Shown here in pieces: positions 16,487-24,885 of a DNA stretch of 41,646 nucleotides. The notes under the pieces were generated by a model. The model was given only the letters and a program-made list of their open reading frames with translations. It was not told the origin of the DNA and made no database searches. Origin of the DNA: a bacterium (GTDB lineage: Bacteria; Patescibacteriota; Minisyncoccia; Minisyncoccales; UBA10102). How positions within the stretch are numbered: the first letter of the stretch is position 1; each line of letters starts with the position of its first letter. Where the stretch lies: assembly GCA_030698465.1 (NCBI GenBank), contig JAUYJZ010000014.1, forward strand, positions 1 to 41,646, read 5' to 3'. Made by a program: the position numbers and the translations under genes.

Positions 16487-17005
16487 ATGGACATCTTATT
16501 TCAAACACTTTCTGCAATCAATAACCCTGGGCTTCAGCAAGCCTTAACGCCCTACCGCTGGATTTTGGGTATCGTGGGCGCTCTTTTATTGCTATTTTCT
16601 TTATATATACTGGCGCGTACAATGTGGCTGAAGTTTTCTTTGCTATTTGACCTTACCGAGTTTTTTACCTTTCGTCCGTATGGTCTACGGCGCATGACCG
16701 GAAAGTGGCAGAAGATTCAGCAACGCTTGGGAACCGCAAATGAGGCAGAGTACAAGCTTGCTATTATTGAAGCGGACGGTTTGCTTAATGATATTTTGCT
16801 GCGTATGGGATTTCGCGGCGAAACCCTGGGAGATAGGCTAAAGACGCTTACACCTGCTATTATTCCTAATCTCAACGATGTATGGCAGGCGCATCAGACC
16901 CGGAACAACGTGGTCCATGACCCTGATTACCGCCTACCCTTGGGGGAGGCACAAAAGACACTCGCAATCTACGAGCAGGCCTTTGGCAATCTCGATTTGA
17001 TTTAG
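16487..17005 (+). CDS. hypothetical membrane-anchored protein
   Basis: 172 aa. It has one TM segment (WILGIVGALLLLFSLYILA) and a helical C-terminal domain. Confidence 0.5.
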   Translation: MDILFQTLSAINNPGLQQALTPYRWILGIVGALLLLFSLYILARTMWLKFSLLFDLTEFFTFRPYGLRRMTGKWQKIQQRLGTANEAEYKLAIIEADGLLNDILLRMGFRGETLGDRLKTLTPAIIPNLNDVWQAHQTRNNVVHDPDYRLPLGEAQKTLAIYEQAFGNLDLI

Positions 17006-17784
17006 GTATTACGTATAAGTCCTTCGATCCAGCCGTGTATCTTTCTTCGTAGCGAGGTTCCTTGTTTGACTGTAATGCGCAGAGTTCCCATATAGGTTTC
17101 GGGATGTGGGTAGATTTTGTTTGGCTTTGTCTTAATAATCGTAGTTTTTGTAAATTGGTGGAATGGAATTCTGGTAAGTTTAGACCAATAGCTTTCAATT
17201 TCCGGGATTCGCTTTTGATGCAATTTATTTACTTTTATATGGAGTGTAATCCGCTCTTTAGAAATCTTGCAAATTTCTTTAAACCATTTCAATATCAGAA
17301 GGATAAGTTTTGGATCTGAGTTTGTGAACCCAACTTGTTCGCCCCCAGGATAGGTGTATCCTTCGCTCCAGTACATCCCCACACCAAGGATAAAAAGATC
17401 CCGCTCGGTCAAAACGCCAATTTCCTTTATTGATTTCTTGCGAAGGAAAGCAGTCTCTATTATTCGCGAACCGGCTCGTTTGGCCTTGGCGCGCTTACTA
17501 CCTTTGATCTCTCCGGAAATTTCTCGTTTCTTCAATCGCGTTCTTTGTGCGGGTGTAAGTTTTATATCCTTTGACCACATACTGAGCGATCCACCTTTTT
17601 CTATTTTAAGTCGTTTAGCAATCTGACTAAAACTAAAACCAGCTCGGCGTAATCGCTGGACACGAGTTTTTTGAAGAGAGGCCAATTTTTGCATACTTGT
17701 TGCGGGAGCCGGAATTGCACCGGCGTCGCAAGGTTCTTTCTCTACCTTTTGTTTCCAAAAGGAATGGACTATCCCATTTCCCAT
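17002..17784 (-). CDS. HTH + LAGLIDADG-type homing-endonuclease-family protein (free-standing)
   Basis: N-terminal HTH (RRAGFSFSQIAKRL) and a single LAGLIDADG-like motif (LFILGVGMYWSEGYT). An alternative start is the ATG at 17694. Confidence 0.65.
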   Translation of the reverse strand: MGNGIVHSFWKQKVEKEPCDAGAIPAPATSMQKLASLQKTRVQRLRRAGFSFSQIAKRLKIEKGGSLSMWSKDIKLTPAQRTRLKKREISGEIKGSKRAKAKRAGSRIIETAFLRKKSIKEIGVLTERDLFILGVGMYWSEGYTYPGGEQVGFTNSDPKLILLILKWFKEICKISKERITLHIKVNKLHQKRIPEIESYWSKLTRIPFHQFTKTTIIKTKPNKIYPHPETYMGTLRITVKQGTSLRRKIHGWIEGLIRNT

Positions 17785-18040
17785 TCGGGAATCCCCATTA
17801 TAGTCTCTGAACCTTCTCGCCTGAGGCGAACTTGGCTGCTGATTGCCAAATCCCTCCTTATTTTTAACCGTTCACGCTCATTCTTGCGAATCACGTTGTA
17901 GGAAGAAGGGCTCTTATGGTTTTCCAGCAATTTCGGGGATTTTCATCAAGATGTTTCCATCTTGCGCCACACGTTTGTATGGGCCTCGCATGGTACTACT
18001 CCACTATCCCGCATACCTAGTATATCCAAAAAAGAAGCGC

Positions 18041-18069
18041 TTGTAAAGATTGACATTTTAGAATATAAT
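18041..18069 (+). promoter_or_regulatory. promoter TTGTAA-17 nt-TATAAT upstream of the tRNA pair
   Basis: Read directly. The -10 box ends 11 nt before the tRNA 5' end. Confidence 0.5.
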
Positions 18070-18080
18070 ATGCATCATGC

Positions 18081-18152
18081 GGCTGCGTAGCTCAGTGGCA
18101 GAGCAAAGGACTCATAAGCCTTAGGTCAGTGGTTCGAATCCACTCGCAGCCA
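18081..18152 (+). tRNA. tRNA-Met (anticodon CAT; elongator-like, could be tRNA-Ile2 if lysidinylated)
   Basis: Hand-folded cloverleaf: acceptor GGCTGCG/CGCAGCC, D-stem GCTC/GAGC, anticodon loop CTCATAA, T-arm AGTGG-TTCGAAT-CCACT. CCA is not encoded. Confidence 0.85.
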
Positions 18153-18168
18153 CAAGGACTGAATATAT

Positions 18169-18244
18169 GCGGGCGTAGCTTAGCCTGGTTTAAAGCGCTT
18201 CCCTGTCACGGAAGAGATCGCCGGTCCAAATCCGGTCGCCCGCG
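18169..18244 (+). tRNA. tRNA-Asp (anticodon GTC)
   Basis: Acceptor GCGGGCG/CGCCCGC, anticodon stem-loop CTTCC-CTGTCAC-GGAAG, T-arm GCCGG-TCCAAAT-CCGGT, discriminator G. Confidence 0.88.
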
Positions 18245-18308
18245 CAATTTATTGCAATAAATTGCGCGAGGCTCGCCTCAAAGAGGCGGCCCGCGCCTAT
18301 TGCTATAT

Positions 18309-18554
18309 ATGAATTCTTATACTATTTACATATTAACGAGTATAAAAATTCCAAAAACATACGTTGGTTATACATCTAATCTTGCAAGGCGTTTGCGCGA
18401 GCATAATGCTGGACGCGTCAAAGCTACAAAACATTTTTGTCCATGGAATCTATTGCATAAAGAGATTGTTACTTGCTTAAGTAAAGCAAAAAAGCGAGAG
18501 CAATATTGGAAAAGTGCGGCTGGAAGAAAAAAACTCAAACTCTTTTTTGGGTAG
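18309..18554 (+). CDS. small GIY-YIG (URI-domain) nuclease-family protein
   Basis: YTIYIL...TYVGYTSNLARRLREHN...KKREQYWK pattern. The ATG is at 18309, inside the tracked ORF 18300. Confidence 0.8.
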   Translation: MNSYTIYILTSIKIPKTYVGYTSNLARRLREHNAGRVKATKHFCPWNLLHKEIVTCLSKAKKREQYWKSAAGRKKLKLFFG

Positions 18555-18610
18555 GATCGTATCATTTTGTGTTTGACGAAATTTTTCGATAACCAGTCAG
18601 CGGACTTTGC

Positions 18611-18639
18611 TTTACATATTTTTTTTGTTTTGGTAGAGT
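18611..18639 (+). promoter_or_regulatory. promoter TTTACA-17 nt-TAGAGT (TGG extended -10)
   Basis: Read directly, upstream of the PRTase gene. That gene also has an AAGGAAGGTG Shine-Dalgarno sequence. Confidence 0.45.
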
Positions 18640-18683
18640 ACAGGCAGTTATTTTAACGATGCTTCAGTAAAGGAAGGTGTCTC

Positions 18684-19346
18684 ATGGCAAACTCCCTAAA
18701 CAGGTTTGAAGAAGAGATTGGCACTGCTGTTTTTGATTCAGGAAGGGTGAGTTTTGGGGAAGTTCTTTGGCATGTGCATAGGGCGCATCCTGAACTAGAA
18801 TTGCCGCCAGCTCCTATATTTATTGATTTGGGTGCTCTGCCGCCAGAGCTTGTCATTAAAATAGGAGAAAATCTGCACAGAAAAGCCGTTCAAGAAAATA
18901 TACGCTTTGAAAGGGTGGCTGGGGTTCCAACCGGAGGCAATGGTTTTGCAGAAGCATTTTGTATGGTAGACCAGGGGAATACGTCTCGACTGCTTACATT
19001 GCAAAAGGAAGGCCAAAGAATTCTGGGCCCGGTTCAGGGATTTTATCAACCACACAATATCGTCTTGCCGGTGGAAGACGTCATCACAACTGGCGCTAGC
19101 ACGCTTGAGGCGATTGAGGTTTTTGGAGCGGAAAATTGCATTGTGCATGATGTAATGGCCGTTATTGATTATGAGTTAGGAGCGGCCCAACGCCTCAAGA
19201 CAGATGATTTAACCCTCCACCGTATCTTTCCGATCTCACAGTTGCTCGGTTTGTGGCTTGAGAAGAAAAGAATCACTATGGGGCAATACGATAAGGTAAT
19301 GGCAGTTTTGAATACCATAAGAACAAAACTAATGCCAAGTTCGTAG
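18684..19346 (+). CDS. type I phosphoribosyltransferase, orotate-PRTase-like
   Basis: PRPP-binding loop IVLPVEDVITTGAST. Adjacent to pyrB. Confidence 0.65.
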   Translation: MANSLNRFEEEIGTAVFDSGRVSFGEVLWHVHRAHPELELPPAPIFIDLGALPPELVIKIGENLHRKAVQENIRFERVAGVPTGGNGFAEAFCMVDQGNTSRLLTLQKEGQRILGPVQGFYQPHNIVLPVEDVITTGASTLEAIEVFGAENCIVHDVMAVIDYELGAAQRLKTDDLTLHRIFPISQLLGLWLEKKRITMGQYDKVMAVLNTIRTKLMPSS

Positions 19347-19402
19347 TAGCTCTTTTGCTCGATTTTCTTACCCCAAAGGCTCCTTAAGTGGAGCTAAACA
19401 AA

Positions 19403-19439
19403 ACCGCCAGGCACTCAGTCTGGCGGTCTTTTCTTTTCT
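19403..19439 (+). terminator. intrinsic terminator (ACCGCCAG-9 nt-CTGGCGGT + CTTTTCTTTTCT)
   Basis: Read directly. Confidence 0.7.
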
Positions 19440-19499
19440 GAAGAAGTATGATATAAGTTTTTTAGGTCTTTTAACCCAAAAAAAAGAGGAGGGAATCCT

Positions 19500-20444
19500 A
19501 TGGCAGCATTTCAAGGCTTTCCCCACGTGCTTGAAACCCAGCAATTCACCCGAAAATGGCTCGAAGAAAAACTCTTCCCGCTAGCTCGTGAGAAGCGGTT
19601 GTCGGTTCAAGCCCGATATGAAGATATTCCCACCTTGCTACGAGGGAAGGGGATGGCAACTCTTTTCTATGAACCAAGCACGAGAACTAGACTTTCGTTC
19701 GAAACAGCTATGCATCGCCTAGGAGGATGGGTTGTCTCTACAGAAAATGCCAGTGAGTTTTCTTCCGCGGTAAAGGGTGAGACCCTTGAAGACACGATTC
19801 GGGTGTTGAACGGCTATCGTCCAGCTGTGATTGTTTTGCGGCACCCCGAAGAAGGAGCTGCAAAAAGGGCTGCTCGCATATCCGAAGCAGCAATCATTAA
19901 CGCGGGAGATGGAACGGGTCAACATCCTACACAGGCTCTCTTAGATATCTTTACTATTCAAGAAGAGATTGGGAGAATTGACAATATTTCAGTGGCTCTA
20001 GTGGGGGATCTTGTACTTGGAAGAACAGTTCATTCTCTCGTGTATCTTCTTGGAAAGTTTATTAACGTACGTCTGTTCTTGGTGTCTCCTCCAAATCTTC
20101 GAATGAGAAGCGATATCAAAGAGTATCTGGCACAGCATGATATTTCGTTCACCGAACATACCGATCTAAGAACTGTTGCTTCTCAAGTAGATGTTATTTA
20201 CCAAACACGTACCCAAACAGAGCGGGGGTCATCTCTTGCAAAAGCTCAACCGGAAGACATATTTTGCATGGTAGATGCGCAAATTCTCAACTTGATGCAT
20301 CCCCATTCCATTATTATGCACCCCTTGCCCAGGAATGAAGAGATCAGCCCAGAAGTGGATAAAAACCCTCGAGCCGCATACTTTAGACAAGCGCAGAACG
20401 GTCTCTACGTACGTATGGCATTGCTTCAGATGATTCTGGGGTAA
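19500..20444 (+). CDS. pyrB: aspartate carbamoyltransferase catalytic chain
   Basis: STRTRLSFE, HPTQALLD, HPLPR motifs. Strong GAGGAGGG Shine-Dalgarno sequence. Confidence 0.9.
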   Translation: MAAFQGFPHVLETQQFTRKWLEEKLFPLAREKRLSVQARYEDIPTLLRGKGMATLFYEPSTRTRLSFETAMHRLGGWVVSTENASEFSSAVKGETLEDTIRVLNGYRPAVIVLRHPEEGAAKRAARISEAAIINAGDGTGQHPTQALLDIFTIQEEIGRIDNISVALVGDLVLGRTVHSLVYLLGKFINVRLFLVSPPNLRMRSDIKEYLAQHDISFTEHTDLRTVASQVDVIYQTRTQTERGSSLAKAQPEDIFCMVDAQILNLMHPHSIIMHPLPRNEEISPEVDKNPRAAYFRQAQNGLYVRMALLQMILG

Positions 20445-20449
20445 AGCCC

Positions 20450-20490
20450 AGTCCGCAACACCTTTGGTGCTCTGCGGACTTTCTTTTTCT
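20450..20490 (+). terminator. intrinsic terminator (AGTCCGCA...TGCGGACT + TTCTTTTTCT)
   Basis: Read directly. Confidence 0.7.
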
Positions 20491-20504
20491 GGGGATAACT
20501 GGGG

Positions 20505-20533
20505 TTGATTTCCCCTCTATTTTAAGGTAAAAT
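20505..20533 (+). promoter_or_regulatory. promoter TTGATT-17 nt-TAAAAT, 11 nt upstream of the pheS ATG
   Basis: Read directly. Confidence 0.5.
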
Positions 20534-20544
20534 AGATATGGCGT

Positions 20545-21675
20545 ATGAAACTTGAAATTGACTCTTCAGAAGAGCTGGAAATACGGAAATCACTAGAGAA
20601 AAGAGGGGATCCAGAGGCAAAAAGAATGCTTCGGTTTTTGAATATGCCGGATTTATCGCGCACACCCGACAGTCCGCTTGGCGCAATCATAGAACGGGTG
20701 AAAAAAGTGCCTGTGCTGAAAAACTTTGACGACATTAAGATCCCTGAGATTGTTTCGACCCATGTTCTTTTCGATCTATTTAATATGCCTCCTGGTCACC
20801 CGGCTCGCAGCAAATCAGATTCTTATTATGTAGATGAGGGGCACATCCTGATAACCCACGACACAGTGATGTGGTATTTCTATTTGAACCACCCCGATGT
20901 AAAGAAAAAGATCGAGAACGGTGAAGACCTGGGGGTCATCTGTTACGCCAAAGTCTACCGCAAAGACGAAATAGACAGAAAGCACATGAACGTTTTTCAT
21001 CAGTTTGGTGGACTTTATTTGGTGCGCGACGAACAAAAGACTCTGACCATCGAGGATTTGAAAAACGCCCTTACCGAAATAGCACAAAGTATTTTCGGTA
21101 AAGATATAAAGATCCGTTTCAACCCGGACAATTTTCCCTACACGGATCCCAGTTTAGAAATGGAGATCGAGATAAACGGCCAGTGGATTGAGATGCTGGG
21201 CTGCGGTATGGCCCGTAAAAGCGTTTTGGCCAATTTCGGTCTTACTGGATACCACGGCTGGGCGTTTGGCTTCGGGCTTGAACGCATGGCCATTGTCAGT
21301 ATGAGCCTTCCTGATATCCGACTTTTATGGTCAGAGGATCCCCGGGTAAAAAAACAGTTAAAGCTTGGGAACTCTTTTGTTCCGGTAAGCAAATACCCTC
21401 CCATTACTCGCGATATTTCATTTGTTGTTGATAAGGACTTTGTTCCTAATAACTATTTTGACTTGATTCGGGATATTGGCGGAGATTTAGTTGAGGAAGT
21501 CCAACTTCTTGATAACTATGAAGATGCAAAGAAATTTGGGCTAGGCAAAATAAGTTATACCTATCGCATAGTCTATCGAAGCAACGAGAAAACATTGGTG
21601 AGCAAAGAGATTGACCTGCTCCAGGACGAACTGTACAAGCAAACCGCTAAACAATTTAGTGCCGTGCTTCGTTAG
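20545..21675 (+). CDS. pheS: phenylalanine--tRNA ligase, single-chain form (PheS-type catalytic core fused to a C-terminal FDX-ACB anticodon-binding domain)
   Basis: Catalytic motifs (PPGHPARS, VYRKDEIDRKHMNVFHQ, GWAFGFGLERMA). The C-terminus (SKYPPITRDISFVV...IGGDLVEEVQLLD...YRIVYRS) follows the pattern of mitochondrial FARS2. No pheT follows. Confidence 0.9.
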   Translation: MKLEIDSSEELEIRKSLEKRGDPEAKRMLRFLNMPDLSRTPDSPLGAIIERVKKVPVLKNFDDIKIPEIVSTHVLFDLFNMPPGHPARSKSDSYYVDEGHILITHDTVMWYFYLNHPDVKKKIENGEDLGVICYAKVYRKDEIDRKHMNVFHQFGGLYLVRDEQKTLTIEDLKNALTEIAQSIFGKDIKIRFNPDNFPYTDPSLEMEIEINGQWIEMLGCGMARKSVLANFGLTGYHGWAFGFGLERMAIVSMSLPDIRLLWSEDPRVKKQLKLGNSFVPVSKYPPITRDISFVVDKDFVPNNYFDLIRDIGGDLVEEVQLLDNYEDAKKFGLGKISYTYRIVYRSNEKTLVSKEIDLLQDELYKQTAKQFSAVLR

Positions 21676-21695
21676 TCCGAAGGATAAAATATACT

Positions 21696-23624
21696 ATGGC
21701 AACAAAAAAGAGCGCAAATCTCGAATACGGAGCAAAAGACATCGTGGTGCTTGAGGGCCTGGATCCCGTGAAAAAGCGTCCTGCAATGTATATTGGTTCT
21801 ACAGGTCCTGACGGTCTGCATCATTTGGTGTGGGAGGTTTTGGATAACTCCATTGATGAGGCCATGGCAGGATACGCAAAGAACATTGAGGTATCTTTGC
21901 TTTCTGGAAACCGCGTACAGGTTATTGATGACGGACGAGGGATCCCCATTGAAAAGCACCCCCAGACCAAGAAATCTACGCTGGAAACCGTAATGACCAT
22001 TTTGCATGCGGGCGGAAAATTCGGTGGAAAGGCATATCAGGTTTCAGGTGGGCTTCACGGGGTAGGAGTCTCTGTGGTTAACGCCCTTTCTATCTACTTG
22101 AAAGCCGAGGTATGTCGCGACGGTTTTCACTACCAGCAGGAATATACACGAGGCGTGCCCAAGGGTCAGGTAAAAAAGGTGGGAAAGTGCAAGGGGTCTG
22201 GCACACGGATTCTTTTTGAGCCAGATATTGATATTTTCAAGGAAATTAAGTTTGATGCAAGACTCATCCTCAATCATTTGCGCCAGCAGGCCTATCTCAC
22301 ATCTGGCACCAAGATTACTCTAGTGGATGCCAGGGAAAAGGAAAAGAAATCTTATACCTTCTACTTTGAGGGTGGTCTTGCTTCTTATATTCCCTATCTC
22401 GTTAAAGGAAGAGTTCCAAAACACGAAACCGTCTTTTATGTAAAGGGCGAGAAGGAAGGCATGGTAGCAGAGGTTGCCTTTCAATACACCGAAGAGTTTG
22501 AGATTATGGAGGAGAGTTTTGCCAATAACATCTATACTCCAGAAGGGGGAACTCACCTCACGGGATTTCGTTCTGCTCTGACAAGGACCTTAAATGACTA
22601 TGCAAAAAAGAACAATTTTCTAAAAGGAGAAGAACCTCTTACCGGGGACGACGTTAGAGAGGGCATGACCGTTGTGGTTTCGGTGAAAATCCGGGATCCT
22701 CAATTTGAAGGACAAACCAAGGCAAAGCTTGGAAACCCGGAAGCTAAAAACGCGGTAGAAAGCGTCACCGCCGAGGCCCTTGAGGACTACTTGGAGCGCA
22801 ATCCTCTGGATGCACGGTCCATCATTGAAAAATCTCTCCTTGCTTCCAAAGCCAGAAAGGCAGCAAAGGCAGCCCGTCAAACCGTACTCCGAAAGGGAAT
22901 ACTTGAGGGCTTGGCTTTGCCAGGAAAATTAGCTGACTGCACCTCCAAAGACCCAGAAGAGTCAGAGCTCTACATCGTAGAGGGGGAGAGTGCTGGAGGC
23001 TCAACAAAGCAAGCTAGGAACCGGTGGTTTCAGGCGGTCTTGCCCTTGAGAGGAAAAATACTGAATGTGGAACGCGCTCGCCTAGACAAAATCCTAACCT
23101 CAAAAGAAATCCGTTCTCTGGTTATTGCGTTGGGAACCGCCATTGCAGAGGATTTTGACATCGAAAAGATTCGTTACCAGCGCGTTATCATTATGACCGA
23201 TGCCGATGTGGACGGATCTCACATCCGGGCCCTGCTTCTAACTCTCTTTTACCGATACTTTAAGCCAATAATTGAACGGGGATATCTGTATATCGCTCAA
23301 CCCCCTTTGTATCAAATCCAGCAGGGCAAAAACATTCAATATGCCTTTTCTGATGGAGAGCGCGACAAAATCATTTCCCAACTCGCAAAACAAAAGAGCA
23401 GCTCGGGAACGAACGTACAGCGATACAAGGGTTTAGGTGAAATGAACCCGGAACAGCTGTGGGAAACCACTATGAATCCGGGTAATCGAGTCTTGTTCCA
23501 GGTCACCATAGAAAGCGCCAGGGAAGCGGATAAGATTTTTGACATCTTGATGGGAGATGAGGTCTACCCAAGAAAGAAGTTTATCCAGACCTATGCCAAG
23601 AGCGTTAAGAATTTGGATATCTAA
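21696..23624 (+). CDS. gyrB: DNA gyrase subunit B
   Basis: GHKL ATPase and Toprim motifs (LEGLDPVKKRPAMYIGST, EGESAGGS, IMTDADVDGSHI). Confidence 0.97.
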   Translation: MATKKSANLEYGAKDIVVLEGLDPVKKRPAMYIGSTGPDGLHHLVWEVLDNSIDEAMAGYAKNIEVSLLSGNRVQVIDDGRGIPIEKHPQTKKSTLETVMTILHAGGKFGGKAYQVSGGLHGVGVSVVNALSIYLKAEVCRDGFHYQQEYTRGVPKGQVKKVGKCKGSGTRILFEPDIDIFKEIKFDARLILNHLRQQAYLTSGTKITLVDAREKEKKSYTFYFEGGLASYIPYLVKGRVPKHETVFYVKGEKEGMVAEVAFQYTEEFEIMEESFANNIYTPEGGTHLTGFRSALTRTLNDYAKKNNFLKGEEPLTGDDVREGMTVVVSVKIRDPQFEGQTKAKLGNPEAKNAVESVTAEALEDYLERNPLDARSIIEKSLLASKARKAAKAARQTVLRKGILEGLALPGKLADCTSKDPEESELYIVEGESAGGSTKQARNRWFQAVLPLRGKILNVERARLDKILTSKEIRSLVIALGTAIAEDFDIEKIRYQRVIIMTDADVDGSHIRALLLTLFYRYFKPIIERGYLYIAQPPLYQIQQGKNIQYAFSDGERDKIISQLAKQKSSSGTNVQRYKGLGEMNPEQLWETTMNPGNRVLFQVTIESAREADKIFDILMGDEVYPRKKFIQTYAKSVKNLDI

Positions 23625-23630
23625 TGCAAG

Positions 23631-23659
23631 TTGACATTTACCAGATTTGTGAGTATAGT
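23631..23659 (+). promoter_or_regulatory. near-consensus promoter TTGACA-17 nt-TATAGT directly in front of secE
   Basis: Read directly. The -10 box ends 2 nt before ATG 23662 and 8 nt before ATG 23668. Confidence 0.6.
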
Positions 23660-23661
23660 TT

Positions 23662-23859
23662 ATGACTATGAACCCATTTTCAAGAGTTGGGACATTCCTC
23701 CGAGAATCTCGGGGAGAAGCAAGAAAGGTGGACTGGCCAACCAGACAAAAAACATTCCAGAATACCATTCTGGTGATTGTGTTTTCTGTTGTGGTTGCCG
23801 TATTCCTGTCTACTTTTGACCTTTTATTCACCAACCTTTTGGAGAGGTTTGTGCTTTAA
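23662..23859 (+). CDS. secE: preprotein translocase subunit SecE
   Basis: EARKVDWPTRQ plus a single C-terminal TM helix, upstream of nusG. The true start may be the second ATG (23668). Confidence 0.85.
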   Translation: MTMNPFSRVGTFLRESRGEARKVDWPTRQKTFQNTILVIVFSVVVAVFLSTFDLLFTNLLERFVL

Positions 23860-23863
23860 TACC

Positions 23864-24409
23864 ATGCCAAAACAGCAGACAATCACAGATCGGAACTGGT
23901 ATGTTATTCATACCTATTCTGGATACGAGGATGCCGTGGCCAGGTCTTTAAAACAACGGATTGAATCTTTGAATATGGAAGACAAGATTTTCCAGGTCTT
24001 GGTTCCCAAAGAAAAAAAGATTAAGATTAAGGGAGGGAAACGAAAAAACGTGGAAGAGAAAATCTATCCCGGGTATGTGCTGGTGGAAATGATCGTGACC
24101 GATGACTCCTGGTATGTGGTCCGCAACACTCCCAACGTCACTGGATTCGTGGGATCCGGAACTACCCCAATCCCGGTTTCAAAAGAGGAGATAGATTCTT
24201 TGAAAGGGCGTATGGACCAAGAGGCCCCTCAATATGACATTAGCGTCAAAGAAGGGGATGCGGTTAAGATTGTGGACGGTCCATTCAAGGACTTTGACGG
24301 CAAAGTCTCAGAGATTGACCTGGAACGGGGCAAAATAAAGGTATTTGTAAATATGTTTGGCCGGGACACTCCTGTAGAATTGGATTCCCTGCAAATTCAA
24401 AAACTCTAA
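23864..24409 (+). CDS. nusG: transcription termination/antitermination factor NusG
   Basis: WYVIHTYSGYEDAV (NGN domain) and a KOW C-terminus. The ATG is at 23864, inside the longer tracked ORF. Confidence 0.95.
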   Translation: MPKQQTITDRNWYVIHTYSGYEDAVARSLKQRIESLNMEDKIFQVLVPKEKKIKIKGGKRKNVEEKIYPGYVLVEMIVTDDSWYVVRNTPNVTGFVGSGTTPIPVSKEEIDSLKGRMDQEAPQYDISVKEGDAVKIVDGPFKDFDGKVSEIDLERGKIKVFVNMFGRDTPVELDSLQIQKL

Positions 24410-24462
24410 TATGAACCATTCGCTTCGCTCAGAACCATATATTTCTCATTAACATTCGAACT

Positions 24463-24885
24463 ATGGCAAAAAAGATAAAGACAATCATCAAGTTGCATAT
24501 TAAGGGAGGGGAAGCCACTCCAGCTCCTCCCGTGGGACCGGCTTTGGCACCTCATGGATTGAACATGGGCGAGTTTTGCGCCAAGTTTAATGATGCTACA
24601 AAGGAGATGAAAGGATTTAAGATTCCTGTAGATATTATCGTATATGAGAACCGCAGCTATGATTTTAAGGTTCATCAGCCCCAGGCCTCAGAACTGTTGA
24701 AACGAGCGGCTGGCGTTGAAAAAGGTTCTGGTACTCCAAATAAGACAAAGGTGGCAAAGATAAGTAGGGGGCAGCTTGAGGAAATTGCCAAGCAAAAGAT
24801 GGCAGACCTCAATTGCGATACCCTGGCTGCAGCCTCCAAAACCATAGAGGGCACCGCAAAAAGTTTAGGTATTTCAGTTGAATGA
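24463..24885 (+). CDS. rplK: 50S ribosomal protein L11
   Basis: KLHIKGGEATPAPPVGPALAPHGLN is the canonical L11 N-terminus. Confidence 0.97.
   Translation: MAKKIKTIIKLHIKGGEATPAPPVGPALAPHGLNMGEFCAKFNDATKEMKGFKIPVDIIVYENRSYDFKVHQPQASELLKRAAGVEKGSGTPNKTKVAKISRGQLEEIAKQKMADLNCDTLAAASKTIEGTAKSLGISVE

Noticed and set aside
17843-18046. Short ORFs (17671-17901 and 17843-18046) in the gap between the LAGLIDADG gene and the tRNAs.
   Set aside because: They have no Shine-Dalgarno sequence or promoter and no recognisable motifs, and their composition looks random. The region is more likely the 5' UTR and promoter of the flanking genes.
18081-18152. The tRNA(CAT) as the initiator tRNA-fMet.
   Set aside because: The anticodon stem lacks the three consecutive G-C pairs, and the 1:72 position is a normal G-C pair. 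It looks like an elongator type (Met or Ile2).
20538-20555. The 5-codon ORF ATG-GCG-TAT-GAA-ACT-TGA just upstream of, and overlapping, the pheS start, as a leader peptide.
   Set aside because: It is too short and lies upstream of the TSS predicted from the TAAAAT box. It has no attenuator structure downstream.
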